A DNA stretch of 64,000 nt from Opitutales bacterium. Its GTDB lineage: Bacteria > Verrucomicrobiota > Verrucomicrobiia > Opitutales > UBA2995. The DNA lies in NCBI GenBank assembly GCA_964291575.2, contig OZ219850.1, forward strand, positions 170,808-234,807. The letters are read 5' to 3'. Of the stretch, positions 18,729-27,605 are shown in pieces. Below the pieces are notes generated by a model, which had not been told where the DNA came from, ran no database searches, and saw nothing but the letters and a program-made list of their open reading frames with translations. Numbering within the stretch: the stretch's first letter is position 1; every line of letters starts with the position of its first letter. The position numbers and the translations under genes were made by a program.

Positions 18729-18821
18729 ATGGTAAAACACAAGAATCGTAGAAATTTCCTTAAAGCAGCTGGCCTCGGCATAGCACTCGACGAAAACAAA
18801 TTGGAAAAGTACAAAGTCTGA
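18729..18821 (+). pseudogene. orphan 30-codon ORF consisting only of a twin-arginine signal peptide (remnant of an exported enzyme)
   Basis: MVKHKNRRNFLKAAGLGIALDENKLEKYKV*. RRNFLK is the canonical Tat motif. GGAG lies 6 nt upstream. Below the 60-aa cut-off of the track. Confidence 0.4.
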
Positions 18822-18998
18822 TCCCGTCGGATCATTGCTTGCAGTTTTGATAAAGCCTGTGCAGTCCACTGGTTCAATATTCGGCCTTTGAAGCCTGAAA
18901 GAAGACCACTATGCCCATTGATTTCAACGCCCTGCCCTTGAGACTTTTTGAGTGCGGTCGCTTTGGCCAGATTTCGGAAATCAGGTTACGCATTGAAA

Positions 18999-19925
18999 CT
19001 ACTCATGCAATGCCAACCAGGCTTTGATCATATTCGTGACCAACTCGGGGTTGTCGCGATGAGGCCAATGTCCGGCATCCGGGATCGTGACCAAGGTCCA
19101 GTCCTGATCGAGCTCGTCCCAGGTATTATTCAAGGATGCCGGCAGCAAGGCACGATCCTTTAACCCGTGAAACTGCAAAACGGGCATTTGAATGCGCTCA
19201 ATATTCATGAAGTCCGAGTCATCAAACGGTTCCCGTGGAAAATTGGCTCGGTAATAATTCATCATTGCATCCAGACTGGAGTTTTCAAAAGCCTCCAAAT
19301 AGATCGCTTCCAATGCAGCATCACCTCCCCCATGAGAAGCCGCAAAGCGTTTGGGATCTAATGCCAGATGCGAATCATCCTGCTGAAATCTTCTGGCATA
19401 GGCAGAATTGCGGTATTGATCTTCGAATTTAGCCAGTTCTTTGGCGAAGTTTTTCACATGCGGCAAATTGAGGATGATCAAATGGCTGGTCAGATCGGGT
19501 CGAGCCGCAGCGAAACTCCAGGCAATTCCCCCACCCCAGTCATGACCCACAATGACCGCGTTTTCCCGACCTTCGTTTTCAATGATCGCTGCAACATCGG
19601 CTATTAAGAAACGCATATCATAATTTTCTATTCCGGTCGGCTTATCACTTTTGTTATATCCACGCGTGTCCATCGCCGCAACGGTATAGCTGTCAGCCAG
19701 GCCTTCCATCTGATGACGCCAGGAATACCAGAAATCCGGGAAGCCATGGATAAAAACCACCAGAGGGCCATCGCCTGCTTGGGCGTAGTGAATCGCTACC
19801 CCGTCGCTATCCGCAAATTTGTGTTCCACCGAATCGACAAATTCAGCCTTCCCCACTGAGCTTGGAATCATTCCCCAACTGGCGAATAAAACGAGTTGAA
19901 TGAGAGGTCTCTTTTTATACGTCAT
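18999..19925 (-). CDS. alpha/beta hydrolase, epoxide-hydrolase/haloalkane-dehalogenase-like, exported
   Basis: 308 aa. HGFPDFWYSWRHQ and nucleophile motif GHDWGG. N-terminal signal sequence. Confidence 0.8.
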   Translation of the reverse strand: MTYKKRPLIQLVLFASWGMIPSSVGKAEFVDSVEHKFADSDGVAIHYAQAGDGPLVVFIHGFPDFWYSWRHQMEGLADSYTVAAMDTRGYNKSDKPTGIENYDMRFLIADVAAIIENEGRENAVIVGHDWGGGIAWSFAAARPDLTSHLIILNLPHVKNFAKELAKFEDQYRNSAYARRFQQDDSHLALDPKRFAASHGGGDAALEAIYLEAFENSSLDAMMNYYRANFPREPFDDSDFMNIERIQMPVLQFHGLKDRALLPASLNNTWDELDQDWTLVTIPDAGHWPHRDNPELVTNMIKAWLALHE

Positions 19926-19966
19926 AGCTGAATTTAATCCATTCGAATCACCTCTGGCCAGATTTC

Positions 19967-21643
19967 CTATTGGTTGATAGAAACTCTGACTTCCCGAACT
20001 TGCTCGGAAGTGACCTTCTTAGAGGAGTTGGCAAAGCGTGCTTTCGAATAGTTGATTACCGCTGAAATCTCCTGATCGGACAGGGAAGACAACGATGGCA
20101 TAAGGTTGTTGTATTGACGATTTTCGATCCCAGCACTCCCCTGCAGAATGAGCTGAATGGTATAGGTATCATCGTTCAAGAAACGCTCTGAGTTTATCAA
20201 TGACGGCTGCATATTAGGCACCCCGCTTCCATCCACCTGATGACATGCCATGCAATACACCTTGTAAATTTCGGATCCTTTATGATCGTAGGAATTCACT
20301 TCGAATGACTCAGTGCTGACAGGAGCTTCGGCTCTCGATTGATTGGCCATTAGGTCACCTGCAACAGGAACATTAGCATCTACTTCTCCAGTATACTCGA
20401 TCTTCCATACTCGACCGGTATTGTCTTCGGAAAGATACAATGCTCCGTCTGAGTCGGTGGCAATCCCTGTGGGGCGATACGTTGCCGAGGCAGGTGTGAG
20501 CAGAACATCTGCTCCTTTAAAACCGTCTGCAAATACCTCGTATCCACCGGCAGGGTACTTGCCTTCAAAGGGAACAAATACAACGTTATACCCTTGCTGA
20601 GGAAAAGGGGCCCGATTCCAGGATCCATGAAAGGTAACAAAGGCACCCCCTTGGTACTTTTCCGGGAATTGACTCCCGTGATAAAACTGAAGACCGACCG
20701 GAGCCCAGTGCCCCGGGAAGGATAATATCGGATCATCATAAAGGCCGTCCTCAGCGAGGGTTTTCCCATCGCCTCCATACTCCGGGTTTATCATATGCGC
20801 TTCTCGCTCTTGGTCGTAATAGACGTAAGGCCATCCAAAATCATTCCCTTTCCGAATAAGAAGAAACTCTTCGGCAGGTTTTTCTGCACTTTCCCGTTCG
20901 TTATAAAACTGAGGCCACTGCTGATAAAGCCCATCCCGTCCATTGGAAACGCCATATAATTCACCCTTGTGCTCGTCCCACTGAAACGCGACAGCATTTC
21001 TAACTCCCGTGGCAATGAGTTCACCGTCTACTTGCTGCAATTGATTCACCCGTTCCGCATCAAATTTCCAAACTCCACCCTCCCATTCCAACTCATCACA
21101 CGGCATTTTTCCCGGGGAACCCATGGCACGATCTTGCTCCTGGCATGAGTTGCTGGGACCTCCCGTGGCTACGTATAGATTTCCTTCTCCGTCAAATGCC
21201 AGATTTTTACTGGCGTGGATACGAGGTTTTGGAAATCCCGATACAATAACTTCAAAATGCTGCTGAGGGAGTAACTTTCCTTCGGTAAGCTTGTATCGCA
21301 CCACCTGCGTAGTCGAGCCAGCGTAGAGATAACCATTATAGATGCGGATAATCTTTACCATGCTTCCCAACTCACCAAAAAATTTGATTGTTTCCATGGT
21401 GCCATCCCCATCGGAATCGCGGAGCGCACAAATATAATTCAGATCTACTGCTCGAAGTAGTGAAACATAAATATCGCCATTGTCGCGAACCGCGATCCCC
21501 CGGGCCTTTCCTATTTGATCAGCAATAACCGTCGCCTTGAATCCTGGAGGCAGGAGAATACCGCCGTTGTCCGCAGACAACTCACTGAATAAAAAGAAAG
21601 ATAATAGACAGCATTTTGTAACGATCAATTCGAAGCATCGCAT
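19967..21643 (-). CDS. PQQ-dependent sugar (glucose/sorbosone) dehydrogenase fused to a C-terminal cytochrome c domain
   Basis: 558 aa. Beta-propeller sGDH-like body. C-terminal CMACHQVDGSG haem motif. Signal peptide. Confidence 0.75.
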   Translation of the reverse strand: MRCFELIVTKCCLLSFFLFSELSADNGGILLPPGFKATVIADQIGKARGIAVRDNGDIYVSLLRAVDLNYICALRDSDGDGTMETIKFFGELGSMVKIIRIYNGYLYAGSTTQVVRYKLTEGKLLPQQHFEVIVSGFPKPRIHASKNLAFDGEGNLYVATGGPSNSCQEQDRAMGSPGKMPCDELEWEGGVWKFDAERVNQLQQVDGELIATGVRNAVAFQWDEHKGELYGVSNGRDGLYQQWPQFYNERESAEKPAEEFLLIRKGNDFGWPYVYYDQEREAHMINPEYGGDGKTLAEDGLYDDPILSFPGHWAPVGLQFYHGSQFPEKYQGGAFVTFHGSWNRAPFPQQGYNVVFVPFEGKYPAGGYEVFADGFKGADVLLTPASATYRPTGIATDSDGALYLSEDNTGRVWKIEYTGEVDANVPVAGDLMANQSRAEAPVSTESFEVNSYDHKGSEIYKVYCMACHQVDGSGVPNMQPSLINSERFLNDDTYTIQLILQGSAGIENRQYNNLMPSLSSLSDQEISAVINYSKARFANSSKKVTSEQVREVRVSINQ

Positions 21644-21899
21644 GGCTTAAATTATGGGTCAGTGGTGAGCAATCAGCAAGTGGAAAGGCAGTGGACTAAG
21701 CATCCATTATCTTTGCGCCAGAAACAATGGCATAAAAGGCTTCCTTCCCTTCGAAAAAATTGAACATGGAGGATTCCCTTTCCATCTATTGCAAAGCAGT
21801 GATAGGCCAACCCGGAAGGGGCAAAACCAAACAAAAAATAAGAGTGTCCACCTTTTTCACTACGGACAGAAAATACGAGGTAAAGATCGATTCGAGAAC

Positions 21900-22561
21900 T
21901 TGATACCCACGCGATCCTCGATTGAAGAGGAACGACTTCATAGAAAACAGCAATTGGCGGGGGGTATCAGTGAAGGGGTACATATAAGCGAACTGACCGA
22001 TCATTTCTGGGTCAAATCCCTTTGGCAAAGTGTCCGATTTGGTGTTGGTGAATGAGGAGGGTGAGATTGTTGAAGGAATCACGAGATGTTAATGGCTATT
22101 CATTCCCGGATTCACGCAACGTCCCGATGCGATTGCCGCCGCCCATGCCCATTCCCTGGTCGGCTTTGGGGAGGAAACTGGATCCCATTACGCAGGATGC
22201 ATGTGCGTTTTATGAAGACCATGCTATATTTGACGACTATACCGGTGTGGTGAGTGAACTCGATGAGGGTGATCGGATTGCCAAAGCCCTCGGTGATAAA
22301 AAGTCGGCTATACTGAAAAACCATGGTTTGCTCACCGTCGGCAGCTCAGTGGAAGAAACCGCTTGGTGGTTTATCAGCATGGAGCGCTGTTGCCAGGCTC
22401 AAATTATGGCCGAGTCAACGGGCAGTGAGGTCCACCTCATTGATCATGAAACAGCAATGATGACCCGAAACGAAGGCGTCGGGTTTCCGGTTGCCGGCTG
22501 GTTCAGTTACCAGCCTATCTGGCAAGATATTGTGGCGGCGAATCCGGACTTACTGGATTAA
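21900..22561 (+). pseudogene. class II aldolase/adducin-family gene with multiple frameshifts in its N-terminal half
   Basis: The C-terminal half is intact (KSAILKNHGLLTVGSSVEETAWWF). The N-terminal half is readable only by hopping frames: GVHIS..DHFWV / PFGKVSDLVLVNEEGEIVEG / AIHSRIHA / RPDAIAAAHAHS / LDPITQDACAFY. The start coordinate is approximate. Confidence 0.6.
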
Positions 22562-22809
22562 TCGTCTCCCCACCAGGTCTCTTCCGGACGGATATTCTCC
22601 TTAAGGTACTCTTGGTCCATCTGCATTAAACCCGGTGTCTTGGGAACATCGATATAACTGTCTGTCACAACTACGGGTTCTTTTCCCATGAGTTCGGTTC
22701 ATTGGCTGTCTCTCGAGCTTGCAAGCTCGACGCTCTTTCGGAAATCTTCAGGTATCCGGACCGGCTTGGAAGATGTACGCGATCTCGGACTCTCCATGCT
22801 TGTTCTCTT

Positions 22810-23102
22810 GTAACTACTCAGGTATCTTAAACAATCGCCCCATGGATGATTTATAGATAGTAAATTACTAACCTGTAGGAGGGGGTTTATCCCCCGATTG
22901 CAGTGAGGCACGTTTGGAAGATCGGGGGATAAACCCCCTCCTACAGTTCTCCAAGTCTTGTTGATTTTTCGATTATACCAATACTCCATTACTCCATCAT
23001 CCCCCCCCCTCATTCTTTGCGTCCTTTGCCTCTTGGCGGCTTTGCGAGAGACTCCTCTTCACGTTCCCCCTCAGGCTAGGCTATGGAGACCTGAGTAGTT
23101 AC
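22810..23102. mobile_element. MITE-like element, copy 2 (293 bp)
   Basis: Same TIRs as copy 1 (GTAACTACTCAGGT...ACCTGAGTAGTTAC). Perfect 8-bp flanking direct repeat GTTCTCTT (22802-22809 and 23103-23110). Perfect 26-bp internal hairpin. Confidence 0.85.
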
Positions 23103-23130
23103 GTTCTCTTTTCTTTCGATTCAAGCTTGT

Positions 23131-23154
23131 ATTTTAACGAACGGTCGGTAGAAA
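23131..23154. promoter_or_regulatory. degenerate copy of the ATTCTACC-N8-GGTAGAAT palindrome, site 3
   Basis: ATTTTAAC GAACGGTC GGTAGAAA. The right half plus spacer closely matches site 2 (ACGGTCGGTAGAA). It ends 12 nt before the thiolase ATG. Confidence 0.25.
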
Positions 23155-23165
23155 ACGATCTTGTT

Positions 23166-24350
23166 ATGAGAGAATCTGTACTCGTTGCCAACGCTCGAAC
23201 CCCACTCGCAAAATCCTTCCGAGGATCCTTCAATATGACGCGCCCTGATGATCTGGTCGCGCATTGTATCAAGGCTTGTTTGGAAAAGACTCCCGTCCTG
23301 GATCCGAAGGACATTGAGGATGTGATTATAGGTTGCGCGAATCCCGAAGGACCTCAGGGATCTAACGTCGCTCGTATTTCCCTGCTGCGTGCAGGGCTTC
23401 CAACTTCCGTTCCTGGCACCACGATCAACCGTTTTTGTTCCTCTGGATTGCAATCGGCCGTTTTCGCCTCGCATTACATTAAAAATGAAGGAGCTGAGGT
23501 AGTCGTGTCGGGTGGGGTAGAGAGTATTTCCCAAGTTCCCAAACCAGCGCATGATCCGAATCCCTGGATTGTGGAGCATATCCCCGAGGCCTATATGGTG
23601 ATGGGAGACACTGCGGAGGTGGTCGCCAAACGTTACAAGGTCTCTCGTGAAGCCCAGGATGAATATGCGTTGGCAAGTCAGCAGCGTACGGCTCACGCGC
23701 AGGAAAACGGTTTGCTGGACGAGGAACTGGCACCCATGCAGGTCACTCGTGCGATTCTCGAAAAAGGAACCGGCAAAGTCCTGGATACGGAAGAACACTT
23801 TATTGAGAAGGATGAGTGTAATCGACCCACAACCACCATGGAAGGCTTGCTCGGTCTTAGACCGTATTTTGATCCTGAAAACGGTAGCATCACCGCCGGA
23901 AACGCGTCGCAGATTTCAGATGGTGCGGCCGTAAACGTATTTATGTCCCGGGACAAAGCCGAATCCCTTGGATTGAAACCAAAAATCGCCTTTCGTGGTT
24001 TCGCCGTTGCCGGTTGTGATCCCGATGAGATGGGCATCGGACCCATTTATGCGATTCCGAAGTTGTTGAAGCAGCACGACCTTTCCATTGATGACATTGG
24101 CCTATGGGAGCTGAACGAAGCCTTTGCCGTCCAGGTAATTTACTGCCGGGACCATCTGGGAATTCCCATGGATCGACTGAATGTAAACGGAGGCTCCATT
24201 GCTATCGGCCACCCCTTTGGAATGACGGGCGCTCGTTTAGTGGGTACGATTTCCAATGAAATGCGTAGACGCAATGCCCGCTATGGCGTTGTTACCATGT
24301 GTGTGGGCGGTGGACAGGGTGCAGCCGGCTTGTTCGAGTTGTGCGATTGA
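23166..24350 (+). CDS. acetyl-CoA C-acyltransferase (3-ketoacyl-CoA thiolase)
   Basis: Thiolase motifs NRFCSSGLQS (active-site Cys), NVNGGSIAIGHPFGMTG and CVGGGQG. The track start is TTG 23127; ATG 23166 gives the usual MRE.V..A.RTP N-terminus. Confidence 0.92.
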   Translation: MRESVLVANARTPLAKSFRGSFNMTRPDDLVAHCIKACLEKTPVLDPKDIEDVIIGCANPEGPQGSNVARISLLRAGLPTSVPGTTINRFCSSGLQSAVFASHYIKNEGAEVVVSGGVESISQVPKPAHDPNPWIVEHIPEAYMVMGDTAEVVAKRYKVSREAQDEYALASQQRTAHAQENGLLDEELAPMQVTRAILEKGTGKVLDTEEHFIEKDECNRPTTTMEGLLGLRPYFDPENGSITAGNASQISDGAAVNVFMSRDKAESLGLKPKIAFRGFAVAGCDPDEMGIGPIYAIPKLLKQHDLSIDDIGLWELNEAFAVQVIYCRDHLGIPMDRLNVNGGSIAIGHPFGMTGARLVGTISNEMRRRNARYGVVTMCVGGGQGAAGLFELCD

Positions 24351-24377
24351 TTTGGTAGGCGTTTGTAACTATGCGGG

Positions 24378-24608
24378 CTAGTGTGGTGTCCCAGAAATTC
24401 CCTTGCACGCCCGTCGGGGTCATGCCGTAGAAAAGTGATGCCTTACGAAAGAAAAGGGTCGGGTCAAAAAAACTGTATTCCGTTGTACTCCATACACTTT
24501 TACAAGACGACCGATCCTGTAAGGCATAACTTTTTACGTCTTGACCCCTTCTCCCGCGACCTCGAAACTCGCAGTTTATGTGAATGAATTTACAGGACAC
24601 CACACTAG
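24378..24608. repeat. 231-bp element bounded by perfect 14-bp inverted repeats CTAGTGTGGTGTCC (family B), copy 1
   Basis: TIRs at 24378-24391 and 24595-24608. The core recurs in inverted orientation at 42641-42788. No clear target-site duplication. Confidence 0.7.
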
Positions 24609-24724
24609 TTACAACTGAACCTTCAGACGGTTGAATTTGTGGATCCTGCTCTCTTTGTGCAGTAGGTCTTTCCGGGCCAGATAGTCAAACACTTCGACGG
24701 CTTCCGTCAGGCGCCGTTTTCCTG

Positions 24725-24793
24725 TCCATCCATGTCCATCCATGTTAATTCTAATTCCTAATTCCTAATTCCTAATTGGCGCCAACGGCGCCT
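24725..24793. repeat. micro-tandem word array: (GTCCATCCAT)x2, (TTCCTAA)n, GGCGCC-AAC-GGCGCC hairpin
   Basis: Read directly. The hairpin at 24778-24792 ends 1 nt from the sulfatase stop codon. Confidence 0.85.
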
Positions 24794-26215
24794 TCATCCT
24801 TCTCCAGGCCAATGTGGGGATGGCACGTGCTCGGATCTGAGGCGTCTTTCCAAGTCATTCGCGATTTCCGGATATTGCCCGGATACATCGGACTCTTCCC
24901 TGGGGTCCACCTCCAGGTCATACAATTCCAATGGGCCATCCAGGCCGTAGCGAACCGCCTTCCACTTGCCCAATCGTCCCGCCTGCCAGAGCCGTTTTCT
25001 GGGAAATTCCCAGTAGAGGAACCGTGTTGAGAGATCCTGGGGTTCCCCCCGAAGGGTCGGCGCCAAGCTGACTCCGTCAAGGTCCACGGGCAGCGGGGCT
25101 CCGGTCAGCTCCGCAAAAGTAGGGAGAATGTCCGCGAACATCCAGACCGTTTCATCGGTTGCCCCGGCCTCCACCTCGCCCGGCCACCTCACGATGAGGG
25201 GAACGTTGAGACCGCCCTCGTAAACCGTGCCTTTCCTTCCCCTTTTTCCTGCATTCGAGTCGAGAAACACCGTCCGGTCATTATTCACCGCCCCGTTGTC
25301 CGAGGTAAACATGACCAGCGTCTCTTCGGTAATTCCCAATCGTTCCAGCTCTTCCATTATTTCGCCCAGGTATCCGTCCAGACGCGACACCATGGCGGCA
25401 TAGATCTTGAACGGTTCCGGCCAATCCTCCTCCTCATAGGGACCAAGGGATGGCACTTCCATAAGGGCGTGGGGAATGGTGAAGGGAAGGTAGAGAAAGA
25501 ATGGTTCTTCCCTGTGCCGGCGCATGAAATCGAGGGCAAAATCGCGCATCAGGTCGTTGGAATACACTTGCCGTCTTCCACCCTGGTTTTCGGGAATGGC
25601 CATCTTTTCGCGGTTCCTCCAAAGAAAATCCGTGTAATAGTAGGAAGCGTGATTCTGATTGAGGTACCCCAGCCACTCATCGAAGCCCATGTGAGTCGGT
25701 GTCCCCACCGAAGTCGGCTCCCCTATTCCCCATTTGCCGGCCGCTCCCGTGGCATAGCCGGCTTCTTTTAGAACCGAGGCGACAGTCGGTTCATCCCCGA
25801 TCAATGATAACCGCATGCTGCCTTCCCCGAATTGCTCCAATTCGCCTCCCACTTGCGGTCCATTTCCCCGAATGCGGGCATGCCCCGCGTGCAGGCCCGT
25901 CATCAACACACAGCGGGAAGGAGCGCACACCGGCGAACCGGCATAGAATTGGGTAAACCGGGTTCCCTGTTCCGCCAGCCGGTCAATATGCGGGGTGAGA
26001 ATCTGATCCCCTCCAAAACAACCGAGATCTCCATATCCCAGATCATCCGCCATAATGAAGATGATATTGGGCTTGGTCGGGAAAGATTCCGCCCACACCA
26101 CCGATTGAATTGAACCGCAGAGGACACAGAGGAAAAAGCTCGCCAAGGCGCGCCAATCAGGAATTAGGAATGAAGAATGAGGAATTGGGAGAAGATGATG
26201 AACCACAGAGGACAT
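24794..26215 (-). CDS. sulfatase (formylglycine-dependent, arylsulfatase-A-like)
   Basis: IIFIMADDLGYGDLGCFG and CAPSRCVLMTG (C-x-P-x-R) motifs. The start is set at the first ATG giving a hydrophobic leader (26215). The track ORF extends to 26389 through repeats. Confidence 0.88.
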   Translation of the reverse strand: MSSVVHHLLPIPHSSFLIPDWRALASFFLCVLCGSIQSVVWAESFPTKPNIIFIMADDLGYGDLGCFGGDQILTPHIDRLAEQGTRFTQFYAGSPVCAPSRCVLMTGLHAGHARIRGNGPQVGGELEQFGEGSMRLSLIGDEPTVASVLKEAGYATGAAGKWGIGEPTSVGTPTHMGFDEWLGYLNQNHASYYYTDFLWRNREKMAIPENQGGRRQVYSNDLMRDFALDFMRRHREEPFFLYLPFTIPHALMEVPSLGPYEEEDWPEPFKIYAAMVSRLDGYLGEIMEELERLGITEETLVMFTSDNGAVNNDRTVFLDSNAGKRGRKGTVYEGGLNVPLIVRWPGEVEAGATDETVWMFADILPTFAELTGAPLPVDLDGVSLAPTLRGEPQDLSTRFLYWEFPRKRLWQAGRLGKWKAVRYGLDGPLELYDLEVDPREESDVSGQYPEIANDLERRLRSEHVPSPHWPGEG

Positions 26216-26479
26216 AGAGAGCACAGAGGGGGAGGAATGCAAAGGAAGAAGGCAGAAGGCAGAATGGGATCCACGAAGGACACGAAGAGGCGCGAAGAAA
26301 ATTTCGATCACGATCAAGATCAAGATTCGCCTCTCTTTCCTCTTCACTCTTTCCTCTTTCCTCTGGAGCGAAGCGACTTCCTCCCTCATTCTTTGCGTCC
26401 TTTGCCTCTTGGCGGCTTTGCGAGAGACTCCTCTTCACGTTCCCCCCCTCAGGCCAGGCTATGGAGACCTGAGTAGTTA
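26116..26479. repeat. mosaic word array ending in the right half of the MITE; overlaps the 5' end of the sulfatase CDS
   Basis: Words present: CCTCTGTGTCCTCTG, GGCGCGCC, (TTCCTAA)n in reverse orientation, (GATCAx)n, and CTTTGCGTCCTTTGCCTCTTGGCGGCTTTGCGAGAGACTCCTCTTCACGTT...GGAGACCTGAGTAGTTAC. Confidence 0.85.
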
Positions 26480-26740
26480 CCAAATCCTGCTAACATTCCA
26501 CCAGCGGGAGGTTCGAAAAACCATTTGTTGGGAAATGTCTGCATGGTCGCCGCCTGGTTTCCCTTTTCTTAGCTGGAATTTATGCGACCTCATCTCCGGT
26601 GGCACATCCACCAGATAATCTTTGTAAATCTGGAATTCATTCCAATTCTGCAAGAAATGCCCGGTGGCCAGATCATTTGGCACCCTTTTCAGGATGAAAG
26701 CATTCAGTGGACTAACTTGAAAAATAACGTTGATTTTCAA
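26477..26740 (-). CDS. possible degenerate RelE/HigB-like (killer-protein-like) toxin; very tentative
   Basis: 87 codons from a TTG. Only a loose by-eye resemblance of ...VDVPPEMRSHKFQLRKGKPGG..ISQQMVFRT to the ..LH.LKG.RKG.WS..IN.QWR..F pattern. Confidence 0.2.
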   Translation of the reverse strand: MKINVIFQVSPLNAFILKRVPNDLATGHFLQNWNEFQIYKDYLVDVPPEMRSHKFQLRKGKPGGDHADISQQMVFRTSRWWNVSRIW

Positions 26741-26800
26741 GATAATTACACTCAGCTTGGTAAGTGCGCAGGGCACGCAAAAACGAAGAAAGGCATTACC

Positions 26801-27058
26801 ATGAAAAACCATAAGGAAATCACGACGGAAGAATTTGACCGCCTGTTCGACGCTGGCAAAGACATCAGCGACATGGTCGACTGGTCGAAAGGCAAGCGTT
26901 TGCATGGCGGCAAGCGGCCTGGGTCAGGGCGCAAAGCCACTGGGCGCAAACCCTATACCGTTCGCCTTCAGCCTGAAGTTCACACCAAGATTCAGCAGCG
27001 GGCAAAAAAGAAAGGGATCAGCATTTCCGAATACATCGAAGAGTTGGCAAGCCGGTGA
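26801..27058 (+). CDS. ribbon-helix-helix (CopG/BrnA-like) antitoxin-type protein
   Basis: 85 aa. N-terminal EEFDRLFDAGKDISDMVDWSKGKR resembles BrnA-type antitoxins. C-terminal KPYTVRLQPEVHTKIQQRAKKKGISISEYIEELA is an RHH fold pattern. AAAGG lies upstream of the ATG. Confidence 0.55.
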   Translation: MKNHKEITTEEFDRLFDAGKDISDMVDWSKGKRLHGGKRPGSGRKATGRKPYTVRLQPEVHTKIQQRAKKKGISISEYIEELASR

Positions 27059-27265
27059 GGGTTTCCAATGTCTCCGATTAATTCCCCTTTCACGGCTGAT
27101 GATGAACCCGATTCCCTTAAAAATGCTACTCCCACACCAAGCTACGGGGTATCTAAGCACTTTTATCCGCCACTAAGCGGGGGACCGGAAATCGGGGACG
27201 TGCTATTACCGCCTCCAGGTGAGCCGGGCCTTTGACCTGTCCGATTAATATTGAAAACAAATTAA

Positions 27266-27605
27266 ACAGATTTACACGGATAAAGCGCCAACGGCGCCCG
27301 CATTTGTGCCCCTTCGTGTCCTCCGTGGATCTAATTTCTATTCAGCCTTTAACCTTCAGCCTTCAGCCCCTCTCTCAGCATCTCTTTTCCTTTGTGCCTT
27401 TTAATTCCTAATTGGCGGCCACGGCGCCTTTTGTGGAACCCCGTTGGGGTTCGTATTTTTTCCGATTCCTACCCAGTGTGCGTTTTGCGACACTGGGCTT
27501 TGGAGTGGAACTGCTTTGCAGTTCATTCAAGACTACTTTCCTCTTTCCTCTTTCCACTTTCCTCTGGGCTCCAGCCCCCCTCTGTGTCCTCTGTGGTCTC
27601 TGTGG
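27266..27605. repeat. mosaic word array
   Basis: Contents: ACAGATTTACACGGATAA, GCGCC-AAC-GGCGCC, AGCCTTY repeats, TTCCTAATTGGCGGCCACGGCGCC, hairpins GAACCCC-GTT-GGGGTTC and CCCAGTGT..ACACTGGG, CTCTGTGTCCTCTGTGGTCTCTGTGGTTA. Confidence 0.85.

Noticed and set aside
22558-22689. 43-aa acidic minus-strand ORF (MGKEPVVVTDSYIDVPKTPGLMQMDQEYLKENIRPEETWWGDD) whose stop overlaps the aldolase stop.
   Set aside because: No RBS and no recognisable family. It could be real but is unsupported.
24609-24743. 44-aa minus-strand ORF (MDGHGWTGKRRLTEAVEVFDYLARKDLLHKESRIHKFNRLKVQL) downstream of the sulfatase.
   Set aside because: Its start lies in the GTCCATCCAT tandem repeat. It has no RBS or family match and is possibly a gene remnant.
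27068-27241. 57-codon Pro-rich ORF right after the RHH gene, considered as a toxin partner.
   Set aside because: The composition is not toxin-like and no motif is present. It is kept only as context in the TA finding.
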